64,000 bases of DNA from an uncultured virus (IMG/VR IMGVR_UViG_3300008108_000012) (taxonomy: Duplodnaviria; Heunggongvirae; Uroviricota; Caudoviricetes). Both the position numbers and the translations under genes were made by a program. How positions within the stretch are numbered: position 1 is the first letter of the stretch; each line of letters opens with the position of its first letter. The notes beneath the pieces are model-generated. The model was not told where the DNA came from, ran no database searches, and was given only the letters and a program-made list of their open reading frames with translations. Below, piece after piece: positions 36,278 through 46,905 of this stretch. Location of the stretch: the IMG/VR virus record IMGVR_UViG_3300008108_000012; one strand, written 5' to 3'.

Positions 36278-37393
36278 CTCGTCTATTTGTGCCTGAATTG
36301 TGTACGCACGAGTGCCCGGCCCAATAGGGGTCACAGAACTGATGTTGAACTCATGGATGAGAAGGTTGCGTACTAACCAATGCAACGGGTAAGAGCGCGG
36401 GTCCTTGTTGTGTTTCTTGCGGAACTCTGAACAGTAAGCCATGGCTCTGTTGCGGAGGCCAGGAGTAACTACGTTCTCCTCAATGCAACGACGAACACCT
36501 TCCCAACCACCAGATGCGTACTGCATGATTCTGGCATCTAGGTCGTAGTCTGCCCAGAGTCGCCGTTGGGCGTCGATGTGGGGGAAGCATTCATAGAGTC
36601 GGTCATAGAAATCTGGCTCCGTACGGCAGACATCATTGAGTCTTCGAATTGCCACAGCATGGAGAGGTATACCAACCCGGGTATTAGACCCTGTAAGTGC
36701 AGCGAGGTCATAGTACTCACAGTACGACGCACCGTGCTCCTCAGTAATGAATTTAAGCACATCATCGGTTGTCCAGTCATATATAACTTTAGCAAACCGA
36801 AGAGGTATGTTTTTCTTCATCTTGTAGGGCGTCACGATGTAGTTCTCGTGGAGCTTTTGCACGCACGAGCGATAGCGAATCATTGATTCATTTGCACGAA
36901 CACCCGTGATGAACGCGACTCGACCCTTCTTGCCCTGCATTGTGTAGTAGTCGATTGACTGTGGCAGCACTTCTTTGCGGTCTAGGCCAAAATGTTCTGC
37001 TGTGATTGCCCAAGGTGGCATCTCGCGGACCAATCGCCCTTGCGATTCGCGGTATGGAGACCAAAGCAAGCAGTACTCTCGGCGTCCAAGAACCCACACC
37101 TCTTGACCTGATGGCAAGCAATACCACTCCATGTCAACCCAGTCGTAGTTGCGTACTTCTTCAATAAACTTCACTACAGCAGGAGAGACCATCTCTTCGT
37201 CGCGAAAGATAACTTTCACGGGCCCAAGACCACGCTCTTCGTGTATCTCCTTGGCGAGGTACAGCACAGCCGTGCTGTCTTTCCCGCCGGAGAACTGGAC
37301 GCATACAGTGTCAAACGTGTCGTACACATGGCGCATACGCTCTCGCGCTGCATCTACACAGTTGATATCAAGGAATAATCGTTGGCGTGTCAT
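36242..37393 (-). CDS. PAPS-reductase-family protein (YbdN/IbrA-like)
   Basis: PP-loop FSGGKDS; GVRANES..R; IYDW...DV. Confidence 0.85.
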   Translation of the reverse strand: MTRQRLFLDINCVDAARERMRHVYDTFDTVCVQFSGGKDSTAVLYLAKEIHEERGLGPVKVIFRDEEMVSPAVVKFIEEVRNYDWVDMEWYCLPSGQEVWVLGRREYCLLWSPYRESQGRLVREMPPWAITAEHFGLDRKEVLPQSIDYYTMQGKKGRVAFITGVRANESMIRYRSCVQKLHENYIVTPYKMKKNIPLRFAKVIYDWTTDDVLKFITEEHGASYCEYYDLAALTGSNTRVGIPLHAVAIRRLNDVCRTEPDFYDRLYECFPHIDAQRRLWADYDLDARIMQYASGGWEGVRRCIEENVVTPGLRNRAMAYCSEFRKKHNKDPRSYPLHWLVRNLLIHEFNISSVTPIGPGTRAYTIQAQIDESLDRFDEIVDS

Positions 37394-37812
37394 GCCGACA
37401 CTATTTCTGGCCAGACGTATGGTGCTTCTGGGTCATCCGTCCACCCCCATTGGGAATAAAAAGACGGGTCTTTGCGGAGAAGATTAGAGCGGTGTGAACT
37501 GTGTACAGATTCATCTCCCCACCAGAATGGCAGGTCAGTAGCGTCTGCTTCTCCATAAGAAAGAAGCTTGTCACGACACGTGTCTTTGTAGCCAAGGTCA
37601 AGCCATGCATCACACATAGCGACTCCATAGGCAATCAACCCGTTGACATTGTCTGCCCACATCTTCGCAGCAGGATGGTTTTTCCACCCGAGTGACACTT
37701 CAAGGTTGCAACGGACGAGCTGAAGAGTCTCAACACGTTGCTTGCCAAGACGGCGGTAGTCAAGAACCTTTGCTGACTTCTGAAAGTCTGCGTAAGGAAC
37801 AAATGTTTGCAT
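37390..37812 (-). CDS. MSMEG_6728-family / pyrimidine-dimer DNA glycosylase-like protein
   Basis: MQTFVPY.DF..SA..LD.RRLGKQRVE; HPA..MW; SHRSNLLRKDP. Confidence 0.85.
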   Translation of the reverse strand: MQTFVPYADFQKSAKVLDYRRLGKQRVETLQLVRCNLEVSLGWKNHPAAKMWADNVNGLIAYGVAMCDAWLDLGYKDTCRDKLLSYGEADATDLPFWWGDESVHSSHRSNLLRKDPSFYSQWGWTDDPEAPYVWPEIVSA

Positions 37813-38063
37813 TACCCCTCCTGGGTGTTAATAGCGCGCAGTTTTGAGTATGCGTGTTGGTAAGCCTGTTCAAGGCTGTCTCCGGGCTCACACTTTGTAG
37901 TTGTTCCTGTCGTGAGACTATGAGCATGGATTGTGAACTTGTTATTAGAAAAATGGATGACGTACTCATAGTTGTTGAGAACAAACCACTTTGTGTATTG
38001 AGTAACGGTAGAGCTGTCGCTAGAAACATACTCTTTGTGGCCGTGGCCGTATTCGACAGGCAT
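37812..38063 (-). CDS. Hypothetical protein
   Basis: RBS AGGAAGGA; coupled to the next gene. Confidence 0.6.
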   Translation of the reverse strand: MPVEYGHGHKEYVSSDSSTVTQYTKWFVLNNYEYVIHFSNNKFTIHAHSLTTGTTTKCEPGDSLEQAYQHAYSKLRAINTQEG

Positions 38064-38170
38064 ATTTTCCTTCCTGGAAGTCCACCGCCGGGAGTTCGAA
38101 CTTTTCCCGACGGTGGTACAACCGATTATAGCGAGCGCGCCTCACTGGACGCGATTATCGCTATGGGTAT

Positions 38171-39202
38171 TTAGTGCCAGCTCGCTGTTGGGCTGAGAGG
38201 CGAGGTGTTTACTGATGGGAACTCAGTTGAGTCCTGTGACCATGGGCGCACAATCTGGAGTTGGTCGCCATTAACCCACTTGTTGAATGCTGTGATGATG
38301 GTTGCTGCTTCCAAGACGTTCTTGCCTGACTGGCCTTTACGCTTCGAGCCGCCACGACCAAACCACTGGCGGAGAGCCAAGGCTGGGTTACCAAACGACA
38401 GGCCAGCACCTGTCTCGATTGCGTGACAGAACTGAGCAACCTCGATACCGCTGTGACCAGCTTTCTGACGTTCCTGGAGCATCACGCAGTAGGCGATAAC
38501 CCATGCGCTATTGACGCCACCAACAACAGAAGTAATGCGGCTGGAAACTGAATGCGCTTCCTGAAGCAAGTCATGGTTATCGTCAACGAAACGCAGGATG
38601 TCTTCTGCTGTGACAAGGTTCAGCGTGGAGCGAACGGTTGGGCTGAATCCAGCTTCCATTGCTACGAGGATACGTGCAGCGGGCTGAATGTTGTGGGTGT
38701 TCTTGTATCCAGCAACGGACAGAACGTCGGCGTAGCTACGAGTCTTGCCACGGTCAATCGTGGAGAAGACGTTGTGCGGAAGACCCAGAACAAGGACTGT
38801 CTCGAACGAAATGCCTGCAGCCACGCATGCACTCAGACGGTGCTGGCCATTCAAAAGAACCAAGGTGTTGTCTGCCTTGACTCCTACTTGGATTGACTCG
38901 CCGTTGAACACATACTGCCCGCGAGTAAGCACGTCTGCATACTGCTTGACACGTGCATGGGACAATGGACGGTTTTCCCCGTTGATGGTCTCCAGCATTG
39001 CTTGGGCAAGCTCTGGGTTAACAGTTGCCTTCATGACAGAGCCTGGCTGGGTGAGAGACATGACGACGATGTCATTCATTGTCAGCCCACGGCTGTCTTG
39101 ACGATATGAGCCGAGGGTTTGGACACCTGTGCTCGCAATTTTCACGGTGTCTGCCGTGCCAGTTGCGGATGTCTTCGCCGCATCGGAACCATTGGTACTC
39201 AT
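38171..39202 (-). CDS. ParB/Srx-like (DGQHR-type) domain protein
   Basis: NR.L....V..YA.....G......ESI...LLNGQHRL.A; ID.G..RS..D. Confidence 0.75.
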   Translation of the reverse strand: MSTNGSDAAKTSATGTADTVKIASTGVQTLGSYRQDSRGLTMNDIVVMSLTQPGSVMKATVNPELAQAMLETINGENRPLSHARVKQYADVLTRGQYVFNGESIQVGVKADNTLVLLNGQHRLSACVAAGISFETVLVLGLPHNVFSTIDRGKTRSYADVLSVAGYKNTHNIQPAARILVAMEAGFSPTVRSTLNLVTAEDILRFVDDNHDLLQEAHSVSSRITSVVGGVNSAWVIAYCVMLQERQKAGHSGIEVAQFCHAIETGAGLSFGNPALALRQWFGRGGSKRKGQSGKNVLEAATIITAFNKWVNGDQLQIVRPWSQDSTEFPSVNTSPLSPTASWH

Positions 39203-39349
39203 AGGTTTTCCTTCAAGTAAGGCTTCAGCACTTTGCCGAAGCTGGATATAGGATAAACACGAGTTTGAGAGATTTGCAACCCCCATATCACAAAAATTCT
39301 TCCGCCCCCCGCAAACCCTTGCTGCTATTGTGACTCCAGGTGAATTTAT

Positions 39350-40378
39350 ATGAGTCATGAACTGGATTTCACAAAAAACGGCAAGGCTAGAATGGCTTAT
39401 GCCCTCGGTGGAGACAGGGTTATTCCCTGGCATCGACTTGGGGCTCCCATGGAGGGTTTGCAGACGGTTGACGCCATGCTTCAGGCTGCAGAGGCCGACT
39501 ATGACGTGCTGCTGACACGTGTAGCAGCAGTGGACGACAATGGCGAACTGATACGCAATTCCGATGGTTCCGTAGTTCTCATCGATGACAGCCGGGCAAC
39601 AGTACGTCAGAATTCTGATGGGTCTATTGAGCCACTCGCAACGGTTGGAACCAGGTATGTGGTGCGTCAGAACAGGGAAGTTCTAGAGCGAGCCATCGCT
39701 GTAGTTGGGGCGTCTCCAGACGATGCGGTAATGGATACTGTTGGTTGCCTAAGGGGCGGAGCAAGATTCTTTGCAACCATTGAACTGAGCGCTACCTTCA
39801 TTGACCCTGCAGGTGTCAACGACAAAGTGGCTCGCTATCTAGTTGTGTCGACTGGCCATGATGGCGTGTGGCCTATCCGGTATGCCAACACAGATATCAG
39901 GGCCGTATGCAACAACACAGTCGTGCTTGGTCTCAAGAATGCACAGCGTGTATTCACAGCACGTCACACAAGAAACGTTGACACCGTTATAGAAGACGCC
40001 CGCACTGTTCTGCACCTCTCGACAACATGGTCCGATAAGTTCCGCGCTGAAGCGGAAAGAATGCTTGCTATAAGTGCGCCATTACGCAGTAAAAAGCTTA
40101 GCGATGTATTGAATGGCGTATTCCCTGCGCAGCGTGATGAATCATCTAGACAAAAGAAGAACAGGGAAGAACTGCTCGACCAGGTTCTGGGAATCTATGT
40201 GAATGAACGCAACGCCGGAAGCTACGGATTCAACGGCTGGTCGCTGTATAACGCGGTGGCGGAGTACCTAGACCACAACAGAACTGATGACAAAGTAAGC
40301 AATGCCATCGCGTCAATGGACGACACATCAAGTGTTACTCAGAAAAAGTTGCTTACACACTCCTTGGTGCTAAACTAA
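39350..40378 (+). CDS. DUF932 / TIGR03299-like phage-plasmid protein
   Basis: MSHE..., PWH.LG, Y...QN, HDG, R.VC.NT, RHT and W..YNAV.EY.DH motifs. Confidence 0.85.
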   Translation: MSHELDFTKNGKARMAYALGGDRVIPWHRLGAPMEGLQTVDAMLQAAEADYDVLLTRVAAVDDNGELIRNSDGSVVLIDDSRATVRQNSDGSIEPLATVGTRYVVRQNREVLERAIAVVGASPDDAVMDTVGCLRGGARFFATIELSATFIDPAGVNDKVARYLVVSTGHDGVWPIRYANTDIRAVCNNTVVLGLKNAQRVFTARHTRNVDTVIEDARTVLHLSTTWSDKFRAEAERMLAISAPLRSKKLSDVLNGVFPAQRDESSRQKKNREELLDQVLGIYVNERNAGSYGFNGWSLYNAVAEYLDHNRTDDKVSNAIASMDDTSSVTQKKLLTHSLVLN

Positions 40379-40382
40379 GGGA

Positions 40383-40859
40383 ATGTCTTTCCGTGATTTT
40401 TTCAATGACGATATGTTCGACTGGGAAGACGACGACGACGATATTGAAATAAGCACAGACTCTCTCTCTGAAGAAGAGATGGAAGAGATGGAAGATGCTT
40501 GGATTCTGCACCGGCAGCGTCAAATAAATGCCTTTGTCAAGGCAGCCTTCGAAAACGATGGTGCTGCTGCGATGACAGACCTGCTTTTGTCTATCGAGAA
40601 ACAAACCAACTGGCGTCTAGAGATAATCGCAGACAAAGACGGTCTGGAGTCAATGACATTCCACAAGTATGACGGATTTGACCCGCTGCTGTGGGAGCAG
40701 TTCATCAACTCAGATAGCTACAGAGACATGGTTTACGAAATCACGGCTGTGTCAAATAGACGCGCGCAGGAATTTGTTGAGCGCTATCTGGGAATCAAAA
40801 CATCAGCCCGTGAAAAAGTTGCGTACGCGTTCCGTCGTATCGCAGAAATATTCGACTAG
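40383..40859 (+). CDS. Hypothetical acidic protein
   Basis: 158-aa ORF in the operon. Confidence 0.65.
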   Translation: MSFRDFFNDDMFDWEDDDDDIEISTDSLSEEEMEEMEDAWILHRQRQINAFVKAAFENDGAAAMTDLLLSIEKQTNWRLEIIADKDGLESMTFHKYDGFDPLLWEQFINSDSYRDMVYEITAVSNRRAQEFVERYLGIKTSAREKVAYAFRRIAEIFD

Positions 40860-40914
40860 TTATTGCATTTCGCATAAAGCTCAACTATCCTTCGTAGTTC
40901 AACCGAGGAGGGTT

Positions 40915-41235
40915 ATGTCGGGTATTCGTTGGGTTATTCCATTTGAGGAGCAACCGCCACAAGACGGTGCATGTATCGGTTATCCGGTTGACTGGTGGTT
41001 TCCCGAGCGTCACGCCAGAGGTGCACGCGCGCGCGACACTGTTGTTGCAAAAGAAATCTGTTCGGGTTGTCATGTGCGCAAAGAGTGTCTAGAGTATGCA
41101 ATCTCAGCCCAGGAGCAACATGGCATCTGGGGTGGATTAAATATTGATGCACGAGAACAAATAGCCAGACGAAGAAAAGCTGACGGCACACTCAAACTAT
41201 TTACAAAGATTGCGATTCATGAGCAATATCTCTAA
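40915..41235 (+). CDS. whiB: WhiB-family transcription factor (copy 2)
   Basis: RBS GAGGAGG; C...CxxC-x5-C; GIWGG. Confidence 0.9.
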   Translation: MSGIRWVIPFEEQPPQDGACIGYPVDWWFPERHARGARARDTVVAKEICSGCHVRKECLEYAISAQEQHGIWGGLNIDAREQIARRRKADGTLKLFTKIAIHEQYL

Positions 41236-43006
41236 ACCCGTAGACACAGTCCTTAGTCTTCTTGAGGGAGTGCGCCAAACAGGCCGCAACCAATGGATGG
41301 CGCGTTGCCCTTGTCGCAATGATGACCAGAACCCTTCGCTTGCTATTTCGCAGAACGACGAGGGGACAGCACTAATGCATTGTCACCGTGGTAATTCTTG
41401 TTCGCTTGATGAGATATGTAAGTCAATCGGCCTAGAGGCACGCGAGCTTTTCTCAGAGAGTGACGACGACTGGGTTCCTGCCCCTAAGTTTCAACCAGAC
41501 ACCCGTAGTGCATCTACTAAGCGCAACGTAGGTAAGAAGATTGAAAAGGTATACCCGTATTACAACGAAGAGGGCACGCTTCTATATGAGAAGGTGCGCT
41601 TTCGCTTGGATGATGGCGGAAAATCATTTGCTAATCGTCAGCCGGACCCAGCAAATCCAGGGGAATACATCTGGAACCTGAAAGAGCCGCTTGTGCGTCG
41701 TGTTCTTTATCGTCTTCCTGAAGTAGTTAAGGCAATTGCAGCAGGTGAACCCGTGTGGCTTGTGGAGGGCGAGAAAGACGCTGACACATTGGCCGATATG
41801 GGTATCTGTGGGACAACCATGGATAGCGGCGCAGGAAAGTGGGAGCAGTCATACACCGATGTTCTCTCTGCAGCGCATGTAGAAATCATTGCCGACAATG
41901 ACGAAGTGGGTAAACAACATGCTTTGGCTGTAGCGGCAAAGCTTCAGGCTGCTGGTGCTCGAGGTTGCAACATATGGATGTCGCCAACAGCAAAAGACAT
42001 TACTGACCATATTGTGTCTGGGAAAGATATTGACGACCTGATTGAACTTGGTTTTTATGAGCGCGCAGAGACAATGCCGCAGCTAGAAGAGCCAACAGAA
42101 GACACGACAGAAGACAGTCTTCTTGAGCAAATCATTGATGTATTTAACAAGAATAAGCTGACTCTCCAGCAAAAAATTAATCGCTCTGTCGTGTTGTTAA
42201 ATAGCGCAGACACACAGCACGTAACAGGTCAGCCAGGACGACTAGTTAACTGGCAAGAGTTTCTTCAGGAGGCAGAAGATGATTCATATGATTGGGTTAT
42301 TCCAGGCATTCTCGAACGCAGCGAACGCGTTATGGTCGTCGCGGCCGAAGGCGTCGGCAAGACAATGTTGGCCCGCCAAGTCGCAATCTGTGCAGCGGCT
42401 GGGATACACCCATTCACCTTCCAGAAAATCCCACCCGTCCGAACGCTAACTGTTGACCTAGAAAACCCTGAGCGCATTATCCGCCGAACCTCGCGTAGCA
42501 TCATGTTGCAGGCCATGAAACATTCAGGGGCAAAGCACGTAGACGCACATATGCTGATGAAGCCAGACGGCTTAGACCTAACAAGCACAAAAGACCGCGT
42601 TCTGCTGGAGTCCTACATTGAAACCATTAAGCCTCAGCTCATCTGTATGGGGCCGATGTACAAGTCCTTTGTTGACAGCGGCACCCGCACTAGCGAAGCA
42701 CTAGCGATTGAGGTGGCAAAGTATTTGGACATGATTCGTGACGTCTATGGCGTTACCTTGTGGCTTGAACATCACGCTCCCTTGGGGTCCATGGGTTCAC
42801 GTGACTTGCGCCCGTTCGGTTCGTCTGTCTGGTCACGTTGGCCTGAGTTTGGTCTTGCTCTAACACCAGACCCAACCAATCCTGGGGGATACGTCTACAA
42901 CGTTGGGCACTTCCGTGGAGCCCGTGACCAGCGTGATTGGCCAAAGCAGATGGCTCGTGGCACAGATTGGCCCTTTGTGGTACTAGAATTTAGTAAACAC
43001 TCTTAG
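41219..43006 (+). CDS. Primase-helicase (Zn finger + TOPRIM + RecA/AAA_25-type helicase)
   Basis: CPC...CHRG..C; VEGEKD; ADND..G; AAEGVGKT. Confidence 0.85.
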   Translation: MSNISKPVDTVLSLLEGVRQTGRNQWMARCPCRNDDQNPSLAISQNDEGTALMHCHRGNSCSLDEICKSIGLEARELFSESDDDWVPAPKFQPDTRSASTKRNVGKKIEKVYPYYNEEGTLLYEKVRFRLDDGGKSFANRQPDPANPGEYIWNLKEPLVRRVLYRLPEVVKAIAAGEPVWLVEGEKDADTLADMGICGTTMDSGAGKWEQSYTDVLSAAHVEIIADNDEVGKQHALAVAAKLQAAGARGCNIWMSPTAKDITDHIVSGKDIDDLIELGFYERAETMPQLEEPTEDTTEDSLLEQIIDVFNKNKLTLQQKINRSVVLLNSADTQHVTGQPGRLVNWQEFLQEAEDDSYDWVIPGILERSERVMVVAAEGVGKTMLARQVAICAAAGIHPFTFQKIPPVRTLTVDLENPERIIRRTSRSIMLQAMKHSGAKHVDAHMLMKPDGLDLTSTKDRVLLESYIETIKPQLICMGPMYKSFVDSGTRTSEALAIEVAKYLDMIRDVYGVTLWLEHHAPLGSMGSRDLRPFGSSVWSRWPEFGLALTPDPTNPGGYVYNVGHFRGARDQRDWPKQMARGTDWPFVVLEFSKHS

Positions 43007-43014
43007 GGTATCCA

Positions 43015-43653
43015 ATGACCGAAAAATCCAACAGCTTGACACGCGAGTTCTTAGCCGAGCGCGACTTGAGAATCTTCAAGATGCGCCAAGCTGGCGTGCC
43101 CCATGGGGAAATAGCCCGTAGGTTCAGTATTACTACTAAGGCTGTTACGAGCGCTATATCTAGACAGTTGGAGAAACTGAACCAGGAAGCCCTGTTGGCC
43201 TACCCGGAAGTTCTTCGCATGGAGCTTGAGCGCCTGGATGCTCTTCAGCAAGCAATTTGGCCAATGACGCAGCATCGCAAGGTAACACAAGACGATGGAA
43301 CAGAAGTCCAGATAGAACCAGACCTAAAGGCCATCACGTCCGTCTTGTCAATCATGGATAGGCGCGCAAAGCTTCTAGGTATGGACCAGCAGAACGTTAA
43401 TGTGAACGTAGACATTGGGCAGAGAATTCCAGCCCGTGCTGTGTTGGCCGGCGCTCTCCCTAGGTCGGCAGCAGAAGAGTTCAGCCCTGAGTCAGAAGCG
43501 CGCAAGATGCTGGAGTTGATGGGCAAATCGGGTGTTATGCCCGCGGATTACGTTGATTCAATACTTAACAAAACTAAACAACTAGAGAACATCCAGGTAG
43601 ACGATGACATCGTTGATGCCGAGGTGGTGGAGGAAAGGCTTCCCGATGAGTGA
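43015..43653 (+). CDS. HTH protein, terminase small subunit-like
   Basis: R.AG....EIA; ELERLD; RRAKLLG.D; IVDAEVV tail. Confidence 0.55.
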   Translation: MTEKSNSLTREFLAERDLRIFKMRQAGVPHGEIARRFSITTKAVTSAISRQLEKLNQEALLAYPEVLRMELERLDALQQAIWPMTQHRKVTQDDGTEVQIEPDLKAITSVLSIMDRRAKLLGMDQQNVNVNVDIGQRIPARAVLAGALPRSAAEEFSPESEARKMLELMGKSGVMPADYVDSILNKTKQLENIQVDDDIVDAEVVEERLPDE

Positions 43654-43957
43654 AGACAATATCGAAGCAGCAATGGATAAGGTGGCAGACTCTATTACTC
43701 CCACCCGAAAGAAGAACACAGGAACTTCTCCTGGTGAGCCAACACAGAAGCAGGTATTGGTCCGTGTCACAGAGTCTGACCATAAGCGCTGGCAGGAGTC
43801 GGCCGAAAAGACTGGCATGTCCATGGCGGAGTTCATACGCCTAGCAGTTAATGACGCCTGCGCCAAGACCGGAGAGTGTCAACACCCCCTAGAAAGTCGC
43901 AAATCATACCCGTGGGCATCATTTTGTCTCTTGTGTAACACCCGTCTTAGTGGTTAA
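43646..43957 (+). CDS. Ribbon-helix-helix protein with C-terminal Cys motif
   Basis: VLVRVT......W...A...G.SMAEFIR; C.HP...C..C. Confidence 0.7.
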   Translation: MSEDNIEAAMDKVADSITPTRKKNTGTSPGEPTQKQVLVRVTESDHKRWQESAEKTGMSMAEFIRLAVNDACAKTGECQHPLESRKSYPWASFCLLCNTRLSG

Positions 43958-43965
43958 ATAGATAC

Positions 43966-44199
43966 ATGAGTAATCAAGGCGCAGACAAGGTAAAAATTAT
44001 CCTCGATGGTTCATCTCTTCGTGCAGAAAAGCTGTCTGAGCGCGTGGGGCAGGCGTTCTTTAATATCCTGCATGTCAATTACCCAGAAGTAGCTGATTCT
44101 ATACGTGGTTCTGAATACGACCCATTTCACCTTGATTCAGTGAGTGATGCGACGCAAGACAAGGTCGCTGAGTTAATAAATGAGGCTGGCATACAATGA
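43966..44199 (+). CDS. Hypothetical protein (R.GQA.FN family)
   Basis: RVGQAFFN.L....PE.A..IRG...DPF. Confidence 0.65.
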   Translation: MSNQGADKVKIILDGSSLRAEKLSERVGQAFFNILHVNYPEVADSIRGSEYDPFHLDSVSDATQDKVAELINEAGIQ

Positions 44200-44513
44200 A
44201 TGAACTGACAGACAAGAACTTCGATGCATTTATTCGCTCGTCAGACAAGCCAGCAATCGTAGACGTATGGGCTTCATGGTGTGGCCCGTGTTCGTTCTTT
44301 ACTCCAATCATTGAGGAAGTTGCCCGTGAACATGCGCAACATATTTCTGTTGGGACACTAAACGTTGATGACTACCCGGAGATTGCGCAGCGTTACAGCG
44401 TTATGAGTATCCCTACGGTCTTAGTATTTGTTAATGGTCGGGTTGACAAACAGGTTGTTGGCGCGTACCCTAAAGACAAATTCGTAGAACAAATCAGCCA
44501 ATACCTCGGTTAA
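44196..44513 (+). CDS. trxA: Thioredoxin
   Basis: WCGPC active site; SIPT. Confidence 0.95.
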   Translation: MNELTDKNFDAFIRSSDKPAIVDVWASWCGPCSFFTPIIEEVAREHAQHISVGTLNVDDYPEIAQRYSVMSIPTVLVFVNGRVDKQVVGAYPKDKFVEQISQYLG

Positions 44514-44520
44514 CAGGCTC

Positions 44521-44593
44521 CGGTCTGTAACTCAATTGGCAGAGTAACGGGCTTTTAACCCGAGAGTTGTGGGTTCGAGTCCCACCAGACCGA
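44521..44593 (+). tRNA. tRNA-Lys(UUU)
   Basis: Cloverleaf CGGTCTG/CAGACCG; anticodon TTT; TTCGAGT T-loop. Confidence 0.9.
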
Positions 44594-44912
44594 CAGGAGT
44601 ATTTATGAGCAAGAAGACTGACATCATACGCAAGGCTCTCAACAACAAGGGAATCCCGATTACCAATGGAATCCCTGAACATATTGAGACAGCGTTGCGC
44701 CTAAACGGTTACAAGATTAAGAAACGTAAGCACAAGCACAATGCCAATTGATGACATCAAAGACAACAGCATCATAATATTGCGCTGCTGTCGAGACTGG
44801 CCGTGTCATGTGGGCGAAGCTGCATACATGAGTGGGCGTTGCGGAATATGTCGTCGTATTCCTGGGGTAGTCTGGGAAAACTACCCTCAGGAACTATACG
44901 CCCGTAACCGTG

Positions 44913-46838
44913 TTAGCGAACTGGACACGCTCCTGTAGAGCAGTCGTCTAGGTCTAGAAGACCACCCGTGGCAACCTGCATCGGAACACTCATGTCCAAC
45001 TTGGAGACAAGCTTCTCATATGTCTGTTGGTCAATCTCTTCGTATGGGGGAAGAGGGAAGTTGTGGTCTGCGTGCAACAAGAATGACACTGACTTAACAC
45101 CCGTGTCATAGTTTTTCTCCAACCACTCTTTGATGCCGGCGAGCTCTTCCTTGCGGTAGTACACAGTCACTGACACCGCGTTGTCAGCCCACACTGTTTG
45201 CATGCGCTTGACCCATTGCAGTTGCTCGATTGCTGTCATTTCTGCAGCAAGTACTGAACCCTCTGGTGATTCGCAAGGGAATTCAACAACATAGCGTGTA
45301 TGGTCTTCGCGACCGTCAAGGCCGATGTCCCACTGCACCTTGTGCCCGCGAGCACGACATGCCGCAACAAGCGGGTCGGCAGCACCAAAGCGAACGCGAC
45401 GGATGTAGTACTTGGCGTATGCAGGGTGAATACCTGGCGTAACACCTGGGAGAAGAGAGAGAGTACCCGAAGGCTGAACCGTCGTTAAACGAACAGACGT
45501 AGGTAGTCCATTCTTCTTGGAGTATTCCTTGTCGAGTGCTTCAAGCTTTTCGTATGCAGGAGACAGCCATGAAATCTTTTCTTCTGAGCACTGCAAGACG
45601 CCCGTGATGCTTTGACCAAGACGAGCGTTCTTGCGAACAATCTCTGTCGTCTTTTCGTATGGGTAGTTCATGCGTGTAATGCTTTTTTGAACGACATAAA
45701 GAAGTTCAGATATTTCACACAGTTGTTCGAATGAATCGATGTTTGGAAGGAACAATGTTGACAGGTTGCAGGACTCTCCGTCTCCAAGACCAATCTCTGC
45801 ACATGGGTTAAAGCCTTCGATGGTGTTGTCCACTTTGCGCTCACCAAGACGCCCGTATGAGCGTGCAAGACGACGATTGACGAGACCATATGGCTCGCCT
45901 GAACCGTCGTATCCCTTCCATAGTTCTGGAAGAATCTCATCGAAGTGGTCTGCATAGATACTGTTGTTGGAGTTGGCACGATATGCCGGAACATTACCCG
46001 TAGACCAATTCTTTGCACGAAGGAACAGAACATCGTCTGGGTCGCCAATAGCAATCTGTGCAGAGCGACGTGATGAGCCAGAAACAACAATCTTTCCAAT
46101 GATGTTGCAGATGTCAAGAACATCGATGCTGCGTAGCTTCTTGCCTTCGCGGTTCTTCATTACCTTGCAAATATCTTCGATGCCATCAATGAGCGCGCCA
46201 GGTCCGCTTGCTGTTCCACCAAATGTCTTGAGTGGTGCTCCAAATTCGCGAACCAGAATTGTGGAGTATGAGAAAGACTTACCCGTGTCGAAATATGACT
46301 TCAACACACTATGCAAAAGACGACGCCAGCCAGTACGGCTATCTGGAACGATGATGTCTGCATCGTTGGTGCGTTCGTGAGTAATTGATACTCCTGTTTT
46401 GACCTTTGGAAGTTCGTGAATCTTGGAACGCTCTACAGAGAAGCCAACGCCGCCACCAAGCATGAGGTAATCGAATAGAAGTTCGAAGTCTTCTACCTTC
46501 TCGATGTTTGTGAAGTAGCAGTTGTTTAGCGATGTGCCACTGAACTGCTTAACCAATGGTGTGCCAAGCTGCCACAGCGCGCGACCTGACAGAGAGCAAC
46601 GTAGATAGAACATGTGGTCGAACAGCTTCTCTGCTTGTTCTTGGCTAAGTGGTGCACCAATTTCAATAGCACCATCAATAGCCCGTACGATACTTTCTGT
46701 CCAAGTTTCGTTGCGACCAAGACCTTCGACAGGACGGCTGTACGTTCTCAAGTACACCACTTCACCTAAACCGCCAAACCCCCAAGGAGTTTGTTTCTGT
46801 GAATATGAAGATAGGAATTCTGGTGTAAATGCTGACAT
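44913..46838 (-). CDS. nrdJ: Class II (adenosylcobalamin-dependent) ribonucleotide reductase, monomeric RTPR type
   Basis: SGR.LW, NNC, GGGVG, RRSA, NPCAE and PSGT motifs; C-terminal CSTGACPVR. Confidence 0.9.
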   Translation of the reverse strand: MSAFTPEFLSSYSQKQTPWGFGGLGEVVYLRTYSRPVEGLGRNETWTESIVRAIDGAIEIGAPLSQEQAEKLFDHMFYLRCSLSGRALWQLGTPLVKQFSGTSLNNCYFTNIEKVEDFELLFDYLMLGGGVGFSVERSKIHELPKVKTGVSITHERTNDADIIVPDSRTGWRRLLHSVLKSYFDTGKSFSYSTILVREFGAPLKTFGGTASGPGALIDGIEDICKVMKNREGKKLRSIDVLDICNIIGKIVVSGSSRRSAQIAIGDPDDVLFLRAKNWSTGNVPAYRANSNNSIYADHFDEILPELWKGYDGSGEPYGLVNRRLARSYGRLGERKVDNTIEGFNPCAEIGLGDGESCNLSTLFLPNIDSFEQLCEISELLYVVQKSITRMNYPYEKTTEIVRKNARLGQSITGVLQCSEEKISWLSPAYEKLEALDKEYSKKNGLPTSVRLTTVQPSGTLSLLPGVTPGIHPAYAKYYIRRVRFGAADPLVAACRARGHKVQWDIGLDGREDHTRYVVEFPCESPEGSVLAAEMTAIEQLQWVKRMQTVWADNAVSVTVYYRKEELAGIKEWLEKNYDTGVKSVSFLLHADHNFPLPPYEEIDQQTYEKLVSKLDMSVPMQVATGGLLDLDDCSTGACPVR

Positions 46839-46905
46839 AGCCTTGCTTTCTGTTGGAGGTCCCTTGTTTGAGAGACTCTATTCTACAACAGCACCCGTAA
46901 GCAAG

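Noticed and set aside
38082..38116. CCACCGCCGGGA/TCCCGACGGTGG containing CCACCGTC on the minus strand
   Set aside because: Better explained as an RNA hairpin downstream of the ParB-like gene; lacks the CTTCC half of the 14-mer
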